DNA of 64,000 nt from Eukaryota sp. GEM-RC1. Taxonomy: Eukaryota. Where the stretch lies: positions 1,550,001 through 1,614,000 of the forward strand of contig JAUFOQ010000010.1 in NCBI GenBank assembly GCA_040285855.1, written 5' to 3'. The position numbers and the translations under genes are program-made. A model generated the notes under the pieces. That model was given only the letters and a program-made list of their open reading frames with translations, searched no databases and was not told the origin of the DNA. Position 1 is the first letter of the stretch; every line of letters starts with the position of its first letter. Of this stretch, positions 23,739-35,677 are shown one piece after another.

Positions 23739-26181
23739 ATGCCCAATCTCATGTCCAATTCAAGTAACTCTCGACCCTCTTCTAGAACTTCCAACACCAC
23801 TGACGTCAAAAGTCCTCCTTCTAAACGCCCTCGAGTTCTAGATAGTCTTGCTCTTCCAAATACGTATTGCTTCCCTTCAGATTGTTTCTGCAATAACCTC
23901 TATTCCTTACAAAGAGACAACCTTCTTACTGATACTGTCATTACATACGATGGAAACTCTTTACACTGTCATTCCTTCGTCGTCACTGCTTTCAGTCCTG
24001 TTCTTAAGGGGAAGAGTCTGGAATCTACCACAATAGAGTTCCCACATGTTCCTTTTCTTACAGATCCTGATATCTTCTTCTCAGTCCTATCAACTCTCTA
24101 TGGACAATCTCTTGATGTTACTCCTGAAAATGTCCCCATGCTTTCCTTCATTGCTTCTCTTCTTCAGTTCCAGGAGTTAAGTCAGTTTGTTACTGAGAGA
24201 ATGACAAAAGGGTTGGGAAACTTTGAGGATAACATTTTTAAATTGAATTCAAAAAGTTAATTTTAAAAATGGTAGAATCTTGTCCAAAAGACATACGTGT
24301 TTCTTATAAAAACACGTCTATTACATTGAACTCTGTTTTATTGTCTTCTTTTCAAAAATGTTTCAGAATTTAATTACATGTGAATTTAAAGATTCTGCTG
24401 TGAGAAATTTTGAATATTCTGATGAATTTCCGGGTGTTTCTGAAGATGTTTTTGGATCATTTTTCGGACTTATTCACTATGAGAATTCTGTTGAATTCAG
24501 TATTTCAAATATTTTGGAGTTTTTTCAATTATCTGTTTATTTTCAAGTAAATCAGTTGAAAATGGCTTGTCAAGACTTTCTGACTTCGAATTCTTTTCAA
24601 AAGCACAGATTTCTTATCTTTTAATTACATGTAATGAAAACAATCAATTCTATTTCGTTGATCAAAATTCGGCAGTTTTTTCAGTTATTTCAACAATGGA
24701 GTATGAACCTATTCCTTTAAAAGTTTCCTTTATTACTTCATTACTGCCTGTTGTTGATCCCTTTTGGTTGTTTAAATGTTTAATTGTACTATATAAAGAT
24801 GAACATACTTTGGATCCGAAAGTCGATGAACTTTTGAAATTTCCAGACTTTTTCCAAGTTGAATTCTTCAAGATTTTACATCGTATAGATTCCATTGGTG
24901 ATGATCACTTAATTTCCACGTTGTTGGAGTGGTCAATTTATATTTTTAAAAATGTCAAAAGCTTTGCAAATATTCCTCCAGATTGGTTTCTGTGGACCTT
25001 ACAAAACAATTTTAATTCTTTCACTGATTATAATTATTTTGGTGACAGTTTTCTTTCCATTGTTACAGTTAAGTCTCTACAGAATTATCCTAATTTATGT
25101 TTGCCAAAGACTCATCTTGAACTTCTTTGTTCAATACTTCCTTGTGATTTCTGCGTGTGGCTTGGAAAAAGTCTTGTGAAATCTTGGAAGAATTCTGAAG
25201 AATTCAATTTTTCTTGGACAAATGATTGTTTTTTTTAAATGTATTTCATTAATTATGGAGAAAACTGATCTACACCTAGTTAAGTTTTTATATGAGTTAA
25301 TGGAAATCAGTAACGATAGTAAACTTGGACCCTCTATTACAACCTTCATTGCAAAGACTTCTCTTGACTTTTGGTCATCGCGTGAAGAACAGCTCAAAGC
25401 TATTAATCAATTGTACTCAGATGGATTGAATTTTTTTTATGGGAATACTGTGTCTCAGAATTATGAAAAGGCTTTTACTTTATTTAAAGAAGGGGCTAAT
25501 CACAATCACGTTGATTGTATCTTCAAATTGGGAAGTTGTTATAGATTAGGTTTAGGTGTGGAAAAGAATCTCGTAGCAGCTGTTGATTATTTTAAAAAAT
25601 CTACTGAAATGGGAAATGTTTTTGGAATGCTTAATTTAGGATATTGTTTCATTAAAGGTGCAGGAGTTGACAAGAATGTCTCCGAAGCTGTACAGTGGTT
25701 TAAGAAGGTGGCTGATTTAGGAAATTCTGAAGGTTTCCTTGGACTTTATTTCTGTTATTCTGCCGAACTAGGAGCTGAAAAGAATGTTCTAGAAGCTCTG
25801 AAACATTTGGAAGTTGCTATTGATATGGGAAATACTCAAGCTATGGATACTATGGGGTGTTTGTTATGGAATGGGGATGGTGTTGAAATCAATGATAATG
25901 ATGCATTTAAATATTTCAAATTGTCGGCTGATGCAGGAAATTCTGGTGGAATGATGAATTTAGGTGAATGCTACATTGAAGGGTGTGGAGTACCTCGAGA
26001 TGTACAAAAAGGAATGAAATTGCTTCAACAAGCTGCGGATTTAAACAATATTAGAGCAATTGATCGTCTCATTGATTTATACAAAGGAATCAATAGCGCA
26101 GATTCACTAAGTTACTGGGAACGAAAGAAGGCAGAATCACACTTAGATATCGATCTTTATAAAAGAGGAGGGTTGTTGTAG
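23739..26181 (+). pseudogene. BTB-BTB-(BACK-like)-SEL1 repeat gene, copy B (four frameshifts; no in-frame stop seen once they are corrected)
   Basis: ORFs 23739-24260, 24358-24624, 24567-25238 and 25222-26181 join via single-base shifts at ~24253, ~24350, ~24595 and ~25232; about five SEL1 repeats; NLS-like PPSKRPR. Confidence 0.85.
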
Positions 26182-26539
26182 CTTACATCTGATGAACAAA
26201 TGGCGTCATATATATTGTTTCGTATGTAACAGTTTATTGGCCAACGCTAAGAAACCCTGACTGAGTTCCTTAAATCATTGCTTATAATTATTACTTCTTA
26301 CTGTTGTGTCAGTTGGTAAAAATAGAATTATGATGTTATCACTTATAAAGTCAGAACAGAAACCCAATCTTTTCTAAACCACAGTCATGTGATTGGGAAA
26401 GGGAATCAATCATTTCTAGACACACAAAATGGTATATGTTCAAAAATAGACATTATCAAATTTCTTATCACATACACTTTACGAAATGGATATCAACCAA
26501 AGACAACATACTACAATTGCGCAGGGAAGTTTTGAGTTT

Positions 26540-26830
26540 TCCACCTAGGATGATGAATCTTGAAGAAAGATTCTGCGGCTGTGGAGAATGGAAAAGAACA
26601 GTGATTTATATTTGTTCATGAGCTTGCGGTGCTGTTAGCTCAAAGACTAGATTAGAGTGAGTTTTGTGAAGAATTTTATACCACAGAACAATACTGTAAA
26701 ACCTATGAAATTGGTTTTATGCCAGTTGCTTCTCGTCAGTAATGGGTACTGGAAAATTTTGACAAACCTGTATTGCCAGAACTTCAACTTTCTACAGGCA
26801 ATAGGCAGTCCGGAAGAGGATGAAGACAAG
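26540..26830 (+). pseudogene. Mutator-like (MULE) transposase C-terminal relic
   Basis: NLEERFCGCGEWKRT..C / HELAV resembles a SWIM finger, followed by YCKTYEIGFMPV. Confidence 0.55.
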
Positions 26831-28856
26831 TGAATCGTCGAAGAGGGCTAGGAGGATGAATTTGAATTGTGTTGATGTTGTTGATGTACCAATGTACCAT
26901 AGTCTATGAATGTTCAGATTTGTGTAAATCTCTTTTATTGTGATTTAAGAACAGACAGCTTCTTATTGAAAGCAGCGGGAAAAACCAAGAAAGATGACGA
27001 AAAAATCAAATCGATTGTAATTAGTTGTTAGAGAATTATGTCACAAGCAAGTCAACTCCAGACTAATCTCTATAAAGGTGAGATTCTCAACAAGTTCAAA
27101 GATAAGTCTGAACCAAACCATTTCTAGTCCAGATTATTTCTTTATCCAGACAATAGTACGGAAAAACACGTGTTCTTCCTGTGACAACACGTTCAAAACA
27201 CGTTCACACTCAACACCGTGTTGAACACCGCAACACCACCACCACTCAACCACAAAAACTCTTCCTCCAATTCTCTCTTTAAAAATGTATCACATTCAGT
27301 GACTGAATACATCCATTCTACGTGAATTGGTGTAACACAACCTTTACAATCATATTACTTCTGGTCATGATTATTTCAGGTGCATTGTGAGTGTAAAGCA
27401 AATACATTTATGTTTAAAACACACTGTTAGCCTTCTTTGCAAACCCAAACATCAGTTTAAATGTTCCTTTGAATAGAAACACATTTCATCTTGAACAATT
27501 CGGAGACTCATACATACTGTGCTTTTCACATGAGATCCTTAATTCACATTTTCACTCCCAATTTTGGACCCAATTTTTTGCTGCCTTCGTTTAGTGTTTC
27601 CACAACACTTTTCATTGGATGACCATAAACATCACGTTTGTGTCTTTTATAGTTCTCTACACACACTCTATTCTTGCTTGCGGATGCTCTTGCTTCCTTA
27701 CTTTGTGTTGATTCAACCTTTTGTTGAAACGAAATGCCACAAACTGTGACAGATCATCTTTTACACTCCTTCCCAGTCACTGGGTTGGTCTTTGGATCGA
27801 ATCATCCGTTGATTTTATTTCATCAGAACGACTCTTAAATTGTGAAAGTCTTCTCATGCTTCATCTATCTTTTTGTATCGTCACCACTTTCTCTGCTAAG
27901 TTGTACTTTATGGACATTATCATCATTTGGTTTGTAGATACTGAAATGTGAGGATCTTTTATGAGAGAACACGGGTGTGCAGGATCTGATAACTATTTAG
28001 CTGTAGAACTATTTAGCGTCACTGTAGGATACGTTTCTGTGTCATTTGTTTGATAAAGAATACAGTTTTTGTTTATGTTTTTCTGGTCCACTGTCTTTTT
28101 ATGAACAAGGAAGCGATGAATAGTTGGGGGTGACACACCTTTATTGAGATAAGTCTGAAATACTTTGGAGATTTCGTGTAGGAACAGAAGAGGTTTCTGG
28201 GAAAGAACATTCTCAATAAAATGACCGTCATCATTACTGAGAATACAATGGGAGTCATGAGAATGTATTAGTTTGGGGTTAAAGAGATCTTTGATCCATC
28301 TACTGATAGTTGTTTGGTGAACCCAGAATACTTGAGAAATTTCGGACTGAGAGCGTCCAAGAAAGAAGTAAGTATAAAGAGTACGAACTCTGAAGTGGTG
28401 TGATAACGGAGTTTTGTCAAGTCAGCTATGACAACATCATCCAGACGCCGAAGTTCCATCACTGTAAGCAAGTAAAAGATCAAATTTATAGGGCATATCA
28501 GTTGGACAAAAATGAAAGACTAGAAATTGGGAATCAAGAGTCAAAATTCTTGATAAGCACCCGAAATAAAATCCACAGTAGTTGTATAGTAGTTTTCCCC
28601 CAAATTCCCCAACTCACTATTTCATAAAAAAATTCTTCGCTTTGCATCTACAAAGTCTCACACTAACCCTATTAGGAAGTCTGCTAGAGCTCTGCAATCA
28701 CACAATGTGTCAATTCATCAAAAATTGGTCCTTTCGTTTTCTTCACCCACTCTACTGTCTCCTTCCAGAAAGCTGAACTTTCTTAGCCTTAGTCCAACTA
28801 GCATGGAAGAGTTCCGCACAGCCGATCTTTCTTTAGCTGAAACAGGTTCATAATTA

Positions 28857-29345
28857 ATGTCTCCTGTTATCAAACGTACAAAGCAGGATTCTGACGACAC
28901 CTTCTTGGATTTTTCTGAAGATTGTTTTGAAGGATGTACAGAAGGTCTGGAATTACAGTCCCCAAACTTTTCAAAATCTTCTTTAGAGGGATTCGTTGAA
29001 TCAACGGTGTACTTCTTTTATGGTGTTGCTAAAAATGCACGTGATTTTTATAAAATTGAAGACATTACCTTATATTTTCGTCAAGACATTGAAGTCAAAA
29101 GTCCTCGAGGTAGCAAGAAGGTACAACAACTTCAGCATATTACAGTGGATGAATTTGTTTGTTTTGCTAAAAATTATTTTCTAGAAGAAGCACAAAAGCA
29201 ACAAATTCAGTTGTTTAATTATGAAAATCTGCTAATTTCTAAGAAGTCTACTTCAGATACCAGGGACTGGAAACCGCTAAAGGATGCTCAATTAAGAACC
29301 TGGCTTAACAACGGAATAGAATGGTTGATTTTCAAGTGGCTGTGA
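28857..29345 (+). CDS. Hypothetical protein (162 aa); frameshifted paralogue at 53945-54426
   Basis: ATG-initiated ORF, highly similar to the second copy. Confidence 0.5.
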   Translation: MSPVIKRTKQDSDDTFLDFSEDCFEGCTEGLELQSPNFSKSSLEGFVESTVYFFYGVAKNARDFYKIEDITLYFRQDIEVKSPRGSKKVQQLQHITVDEFVCFAKNYFLEEAQKQQIQLFNYENLLISKKSTSDTRDWKPLKDAQLRTWLNNGIEWLIFKWL

Positions 29346-29475
29346 AACTGGTACTACTATTGTCTATTTTCCGGATTTGCCTTAATTCTACTGTTCCCCA
29401 TCATGCTTCCCCAAATAATATATAATATAGTCTTCTTCTGAGGATGAAGGTGAATCTTACAGCAGAAACTCTTTC

Positions 29476-29780
29476 CATCATTCTCGATGAACCCTTCCTT
29501 TGTAACCAAACCATTACATTTAATGAAGAATCCATTGAAGTCAATAAAAATGTCCTTGCTGCTCATTCTACGTACTTCCGATCCCTCTAGTTCTTGGAGT
29601 TTGGGGATAAACTCGAGAACCCCATCGACTTCTCACATCTCCCTGTTGATTCCAACAACTTCTTCGCTTTCCTCAAGTCCTTCTTCGGAAAGTCATTCAC
29701 CCTCAACGAGAGCAATGCTTATGACTTCTACTATCTCGTACACTACTTCCAAGTAAACAAACTGATTGACCACATTGGAA
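29476..29780 (+). pseudogene. BTB domain gene fragment (second family); copy at ~54483-54880
   Basis: NQTITFNEESIEVNKNVLAAHSTYFRSL*FLEFGD..YYLVHYFQVNKL. Confidence 0.75.
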
Positions 29781-30119
29781 GACCACCTAAACACTCATCT
29801 CGTGACCTTTACATGACTGTAGCTAGCACACACCAGCCTTGGGTTGGCTATATCATTGAGACCCTTATGGATTGCTTATTTTTGCTTATATCAGTACAAT
29901 CTTTTTCGAGCTCTGAGACATGCTGCCAAAAAGTTTATGACTGAAGTTTCTGGAAAATCACAGACGTTAGACAAGAAACTAAGGATCATGAATTTCGTGA
30001 TTGCCTGTCAATGCATCATAGTTGCAAGTTTTACTATTGATCACGATTTAAATACTGTCCCTTCAATTATTAGAATGAATGGGGACTTGCTTGAGAAACT
30101 GTTTCAGGAATTGAATTAA

Positions 30120-32280
30120 ATAAATTCATTTAGAAAACTGTTCCTTCTGATACTCCTTCTCTTTTCTCACTGTTGAATATGCCAAGAAGCTCTACCAAGG
30201 TGTAAGCTATCTCCACAGTAAGTCAGTTGTCCATGGAGATCTCAAGCCAGGAAATGTGTTGATTGTTGATGATAGTTTTTGTTGTTCTTCAGCTATGCAA
30301 TATATACACTATGATCCCAAAGTTGAATGTAAGTACTGTCAATCTGTCCTCAATGTCCATTAATTGTTTTACTTGGGTACCAAGTGATCAAGACAATTAC
30401 CTTGATTATTGAAATTTTGTACACCAAGAATAGCTAAAAAAATTGACTAACAATTTTGAAAATGCAATTTTGAATATGATGAAATTCTGAGTAGTGAAAA
30501 TTCCTTCCTCCACTGAATAGAACTACACATATTATAATAATCAATACAATTTAAAAAAACGTGTCAAAAATAAATCTTTTGATTAAATCAAAACGAGGTA
30601 ACAAATCTAAGTTCATATTTCATTGAAATCGTCTTAACTAATATCCATGAGAAACACACGTGTTGTTGTCCTTGTAATACTAGATCTTCACATAAGTCTG
30701 AGAACTTTACCTTCTGATTCAATGATGACGTGATCATGGGGTTATTACTAGCACTGAAAACAACCAGAGTAAGTAGGAAGATTTGTTACTATATATTGAT
30801 GGTGACGTTTGCTAAGGTCATAAAGCACGTCTTCTTTTGACCCTAGAGAAGTACTTGATGATCGTTGATAATGAAAGAGAGAAGAAAAAAGACATTGAAG
30901 TGAGACAGGGTGAAAATCAATAGACTCTCAAGAAAGACAGGTAGGAGAACCAAAGAAAGTAAAAGTCTTACTTCCACAAGTACTAGTAAACATCGATGAC
31001 GTGTCACCTACGATTGATGACGTGTCACTTACGGTACTTACTGAGGAGTAACTTGTTTCACCACTAGTGAGTAGAAGCCAATAGTAAGTACTGATAAGCA
31101 GAGGAGATCTAGTATTGGAAGAGAGAAGAAATAGATAGTTGGAGTGAAGAACTAGAGAGATGAAAGGTTGGTAGGATTCAGAAAACTTCTGATCTTTTGG
31201 GGAGTGTTAGTATTCCTTAGTATTTCTGAGAGATTGTGTAGGAGAAGTGTGGGATTTAGCTTCAACGTTTGAGGAAGAGCGATCGAACTCTCTCCTGTTT
31301 TGAACAGCAGTGCGGTGTATAAAGTCATTCATCTCCTTCTCTTGCAAGGATCTAGTGGGAGGAAAAGAATGACGTGACTTCTCTGTCCTTAAGGGGGGAG
31401 AGGAAGAGCGAACGATGTAATGCTCATATGGAAGTAAAGATCGACGAGAAGCAGGATTGGAAACAACACACAAGCTCCGCTGGTAGAGAGAGTACGGAGT
31501 TGATCCAGTATTGGTAACTAAGGGAATCAATCAGTATTTGGAGGAACGGAATTGTCTAGAACTCGAGGGCGTTTAGAAGGAGGTCTTTTGACATTATGTA
31601 GTGGTGTTGGAAGTTCTAGCAGAGAGTTGAGAGATGCATAAACCGTAGTCATCTTATGTTTATCAAGCATCATTCCCTACTTTGAATTCTGCTCTCCTGA
31701 GGTTGCCCTCAACCAGTCCCATGTCTCTTACTACTGCTTGGCAGTTCTTCTATTGGAAATTAAGACTTTTGTTTCTCTATTGACGCCTTGTGCTATCGGT
31801 ATGGGCCTATAAGTGATTTCTGTCTACTTGATTCAAGTGCATTTATCCAACAAGATCACATTCTAGTAACTGCGTTTCACAGGTTTATCGAAATGTTCCT
31901 CTGGTGTGTCATCATACTTCAGTGCTTCTTTACTAACACGTACCAACACTTCTCCTACTTTGTTACACTCAAAATATTCGTACAATTTAAGAACTTATAC
32001 AATTCGTCTTTCAGATTTCATCATATCACTACTTTATACTTCTACTCCGTCCTTTTGCTCTCAGTGGTAGTTTCACTAACAGTCTTCCTTTGGTCTTTTT
32101 GGTTAGTTAGTTGTTCTTGTGTTAGTAATTCGATGTTTTACTCACTTCTTTTTTGTCTACTTCAACTTTGTATCATCAAGTTGTACTAAATCTTAGGATA
32201 ACTTTTCATTGAACATAATTCTATCCTATGGTGAAAGCTAATTTTCATCATTTCATTGAATTTGAATTCAATATAACTGG
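30120..32280. repeat. Dispersed cassette copy 2
   Basis: GVSYLHSKSVVHGDLKPGNVLIVDD kinase fragment at ~30198-30275, plus the same downstream blocks. Confidence 0.8.
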
Positions 32281-32419
32281 AATTCGACTTGTCATTTGAC
32301 CTGTCGTGACGGCTTCACATAGTCGTTCAAATTTTACTGTATTTTTAATCGGAAACTTGAAATTGATACCATCAAGGTCTATATGGTTTCGACGTTTTCA
32401 AAATAGGCAACATATGACA

Positions 32420-32700
32420 TTAACTAATTGTACAGAAACTAAGGTCTTCACTTTCACTTCCAATAACAACTACAGCTTCAATCACGCGCATCTCAGAGCA
32501 TAAACTTAATTTGTTTCTCTCTCCGTGACGATAGACATAGAACTGCTTGAACAGTTGTACACAGAAAGCAGAGTCATTCTTTTTGACAACAAATCCAGCC
32601 TTTGAAAAGACATGTTCACATGAAACAGAGGTTTCTTGCACTGTAAGCGTGTACCAGGCCAACTTGGGAAACATCCTGACCTTTCTGCTAGAAAGAAATT
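32420..32700 (-). pseudogene. hAT C-terminal dimerisation domain fragment (copy at ~57534-57830)
   Basis: FPKLA..TVQETSVSCEHVFSKAG matches the FP.LA..P.TS...ER.FS.AG motif. Confidence 0.75.
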
Positions 32701-33435
32701 ATGTCCGTATTGCTTTTGCATGTTCTCACAAAGTTTTAGACCGACGAACAATCCAGCTTTCAGGGAATGATCTTGTAGTTTGTCTACTGATGCCGGTTCT
32801 GCGTCAGTTGAGAAGAAGATAGTATACGTTGTTTAAAGAGAGAGAAAAAATCCAAGAGAAAATAGTTACATGTACTTTTCAGAAATAGACTACGTGTAAC
32901 ACTTGTTACCAAAAATTCTCTTCCTTCTTTTAAGCTCACCAAAGCTTAATGAAGAACGAGTGTTACAGGTTAGTGAGAGAAATGGGAGGTAGCCGTCTTC
33001 ATGATTTCTTTGAGTGGTTCTACAGAGGTTGAACTACCGATGCATTGGACAACAGCAGTTTGAGCAGCGAGGTCTACATCGATTATATACTTTAGGATAG
33101 ATTCTTAATGGTCTGGAGATATTTAGGATTGGATTTCGAGGCTTAGAAAGGTCTTGCTGGAGGTTTGCAACTCATTACCACTAACAAGGTTGAGGATTTT
33201 TACCCTGCTGGTGGTTACTTTGAATGGACCTAGCTAGATCCATGGAGTCGTTGAAGGACTAAGTCTCCTTCTTGGATGGAATTCTTTGTTGATGAAACCT
33301 TAACCCTCTGTGATGCCGAAAGGCACTGAGAATCAAGAAGAGAAGATTTATAAAGAAGATACAGCAGTCAATTTCACTAGATCGGAATTTCAACACAACT
33401 TCATTTTCTGTTTTTCACAATACTCCATTACTAGT

Positions 33436-34317
33436 ATGTCCATTGTTTCAACTGATATAAACAGCTTACCTTGTTTATCAACTGCACAAAGCTTGGATAC
33501 TTTTCCTGATGCAAGCTTCTGCCCTATTAATGTCATTTTATCGCTTTCAAAGAGACAAGGAACGACGTTGAAAGTCAAAATAGTTAACTTATTCTTCCTT
33601 TCTGTTCCTACAACCTCTGAATTATCTTCGTTGCTTCAGAACTTTATACTGATTGCTGCTGCCGCCGAAAACGCTCTTGTTCATCCGGAGTCTATCTTTG
33701 AGGTGAACTATCCCAATTCTCAACGAAAGTGGTGTACTCCAGATGAATTCCCGGAAGACTATGTGTTCTCTTGTCATGAAAAATGGGCTAAGAATCCTGG
33801 AAAGAAAGCCTACGCCGTAATGGGGAGAGTCCAGGCTTCCAACATCACTGCGTTGGATCTAGCGGCTCTTCTAAAGAAGGAAACATCGGACCAAGCAAGA
33901 AGTATTACCGTAGACGATTTAATGGCTCAGAATCCTGAGTGGTATGCTCTTGAAGTCAAATCTTGGGAAAAGTGGGCCAAAATGTACGCAGAAGATCCTG
34001 CAGTAAGTGCCATTGGTCCTCCTGCTAGTCTCATCAATCTTTTTAGAGCTTCTGATGGCTCCATGGATGAAGAACTTATTTATGAAGAAGCTGACCTTAT
34101 AGCACAACAAATAGGTCAAGATCTTTTTCAGCTAAAGGAGAATTTGATAGCAATCATTGACTCCAAAATAATGGAACTCAATCATGTTATGTCTGCTCGT
34201 ATGAAAGTAGCAAGAAAGAGAGTAGCCAGTAAAGCTCTTGTTCTGAATAACGCTGCAAAGCAAATGAGAAACATAGAAAACGCAGCCGATATTGAGCATA
34301 GAGCTGACCCACTTTAA
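33436..34317 (+). CDS. Transposon-borne accessory protein of unknown function (~293 aa; C-terminal coiled-coil-like region)
   Basis: Uninterrupted ORF; first ATG inside the insertion is 33436 (the 33310 start lies in flanking DNA). Confidence 0.75.
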   Translation: MSIVSTDINSLPCLSTAQSLDTFPDASFCPINVILSLSKRQGTTLKVKIVNLFFLSVPTTSELSSLLQNFILIAAAAENALVHPESIFEVNYPNSQRKWCTPDEFPEDYVFSCHEKWAKNPGKKAYAVMGRVQASNITALDLAALLKKETSDQARSITVDDLMAQNPEWYALEVKSWEKWAKMYAEDPAVSAIGPPASLINLFRASDGSMDEELIYEEADLIAQQIGQDLFQLKENLIAIIDSKIMELNHVMSARMKVARKRVASKALVLNNAAKQMRNIENAADIEHRADPL

Positions 34318-34443
34318 TAAACAACTTTTAAATAACTGCGATTGAGCTTACGGCAACACTTTATTATTAAAACAATATTCTTTGAGCACTGGTTCTTCGT
34401 CGTGCTAAAAATAAACGCACTTGTTGCTCATCGTCACCAAGAT

Positions 34444-35490
34444 TCACCAGCAACTCTTCTTTTCCAAGTATGGAGATTTATAATATTCGTGGTCAACCCA
34501 GCCACTGTGATTCAATAAAGGGCGACAATCAACTCTTAAATGAAGATCAAGGACACGATGAATAAAGTCGATTTCGCTAAAATTGAGTCGAGAATAATCT
34601 CTATAAAGTTCACGCATTTTACATCTTAGAGAACGGAAGAAGTTCTCAATACAGTTCGATTCGGGGCAATAAGGAGGAAGAATAAAGTACTGGATGCCCA
34701 TTTTACGAAGACCTTCAGAAATATTTTGATGTCTATGGATGGAACATCCATCAAGAATGATTTTTGATCGTGATCCTCCTGACGTTCCAATTTTTCCTAA
34801 TCGAATAAGGTCGATTAGGAACTCCACAAATTGTTGACGGTCAAAGTGGCCATACTGAATATGGGAATGGACGTAGCCATTCATATCCATAGCCACAACG
34901 GCACTGATTTGTGAACGGGCCAATCTCTGAGTTTTTGTATTAGGTGACATCCCTTTGAGTGCTCGTCCACATGTTCTAATAAAATCTTCAGCATGAAAGG
35001 AGATCTCATCAATGAAAAGCAACTGGTACTGTCGAATAGTACCTATTTCCCTACTCAGACGGTATTCAAATGATGCGATGAGGTCAATTTTCGCACGTTT
35101 GACCAACAATCTGCAACGTTTGTGGGTATACCCAGCAGTGACCAAAGCTCTGTGAATCGTTGATACCGACACATCCTTGTTTCTTTCATTTTTCATTAGA
35201 GTAACTATCTCTTTAAGATAGAGTAAAGGGTCTGTTTCAACTGTCGTTATTAAAAACTCAACATCACTGTCGTCAAGTTTTCGTCTTGGCTCGTGAGGTT
35301 CTTCAAAGAGATGAGCAGAAAAAACACGGTCAATCCATTTGGAAATTGTACTTTGACGAACACAGTACATCTTCGCGATCGTCTCCTGGGACACTTCTAA
35401 GTAGAAGTAGGTCCAAACAGCCCTACAAATCGTATCTTCGGACGCATTTACACAAAGAGTTCGGAAATCCAAATCGGGACTAAGGAGCAT
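34444..35490 (-). CDS. IS630/Tc1-type DD34E transposase
   Basis: HTH (SQETIAKMYCVRQSTISKWI; VSVSTIHRAL); FIDE, ILDG and LPPYCPESNCIE with 34 residues between D and E. Confidence 0.93.
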   Translation of the reverse strand: MLLSPDLDFRTLCVNASEDTICRAVWTYFYLEVSQETIAKMYCVRQSTISKWIDRVFSAHLFEEPHEPRRKLDDSDVEFLITTVETDPLLYLKEIVTLMKNERNKDVSVSTIHRALVTAGYTHKRCRLLVKRAKIDLIASFEYRLSREIGTIRQYQLLFIDEISFHAEDFIRTCGRALKGMSPNTKTQRLARSQISAVVAMDMNGYVHSHIQYGHFDRQQFVEFLIDLIRLGKIGTSGGSRSKIILDGCSIHRHQNISEGLRKMGIQYFILPPYCPESNCIENFFRSLRCKMRELYRDYSRLNFSEIDFIHRVLDLHLRVDCRPLLNHSGWVDHEYYKSPYLEKKSCW

Positions 35491-35677
35491 GTTGTAAGTG
35501 AAGCCCGTGAAGATATAAGCAGTGTGAAGATGTCAAAAATGGGGAGAGAAGAAATGTTGTAAAAGAGAAAATGTTGGAAAATGGATTTAGAATGAGTATT
35601 CCGCCATTCTGAAATTCACTGAGGCAATTCTAGAATACATCCACAACATCACTCTTTCTCCAGTTCTTTCAAGTGTT

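Larger units (their letters stand above)
33378..35633. mobile_element. Two-gene IS630/Tc1-superfamily DD34E DNA transposon (~2.25 kb)
   Basis: Absent from the paralogous site GTCAATTCCAC|AATACATCCAC at ~58525; CTAG at both junctions; contains two intact convergent ORFs. Confidence 0.85.

Noticed and set aside
33436..34317. Accessory ORF as a Fanzor/TnpB nuclease
   Set aside because: No RuvC D-E-D motifs or CxxC zinc finger visible, and it is short for a Fanzor
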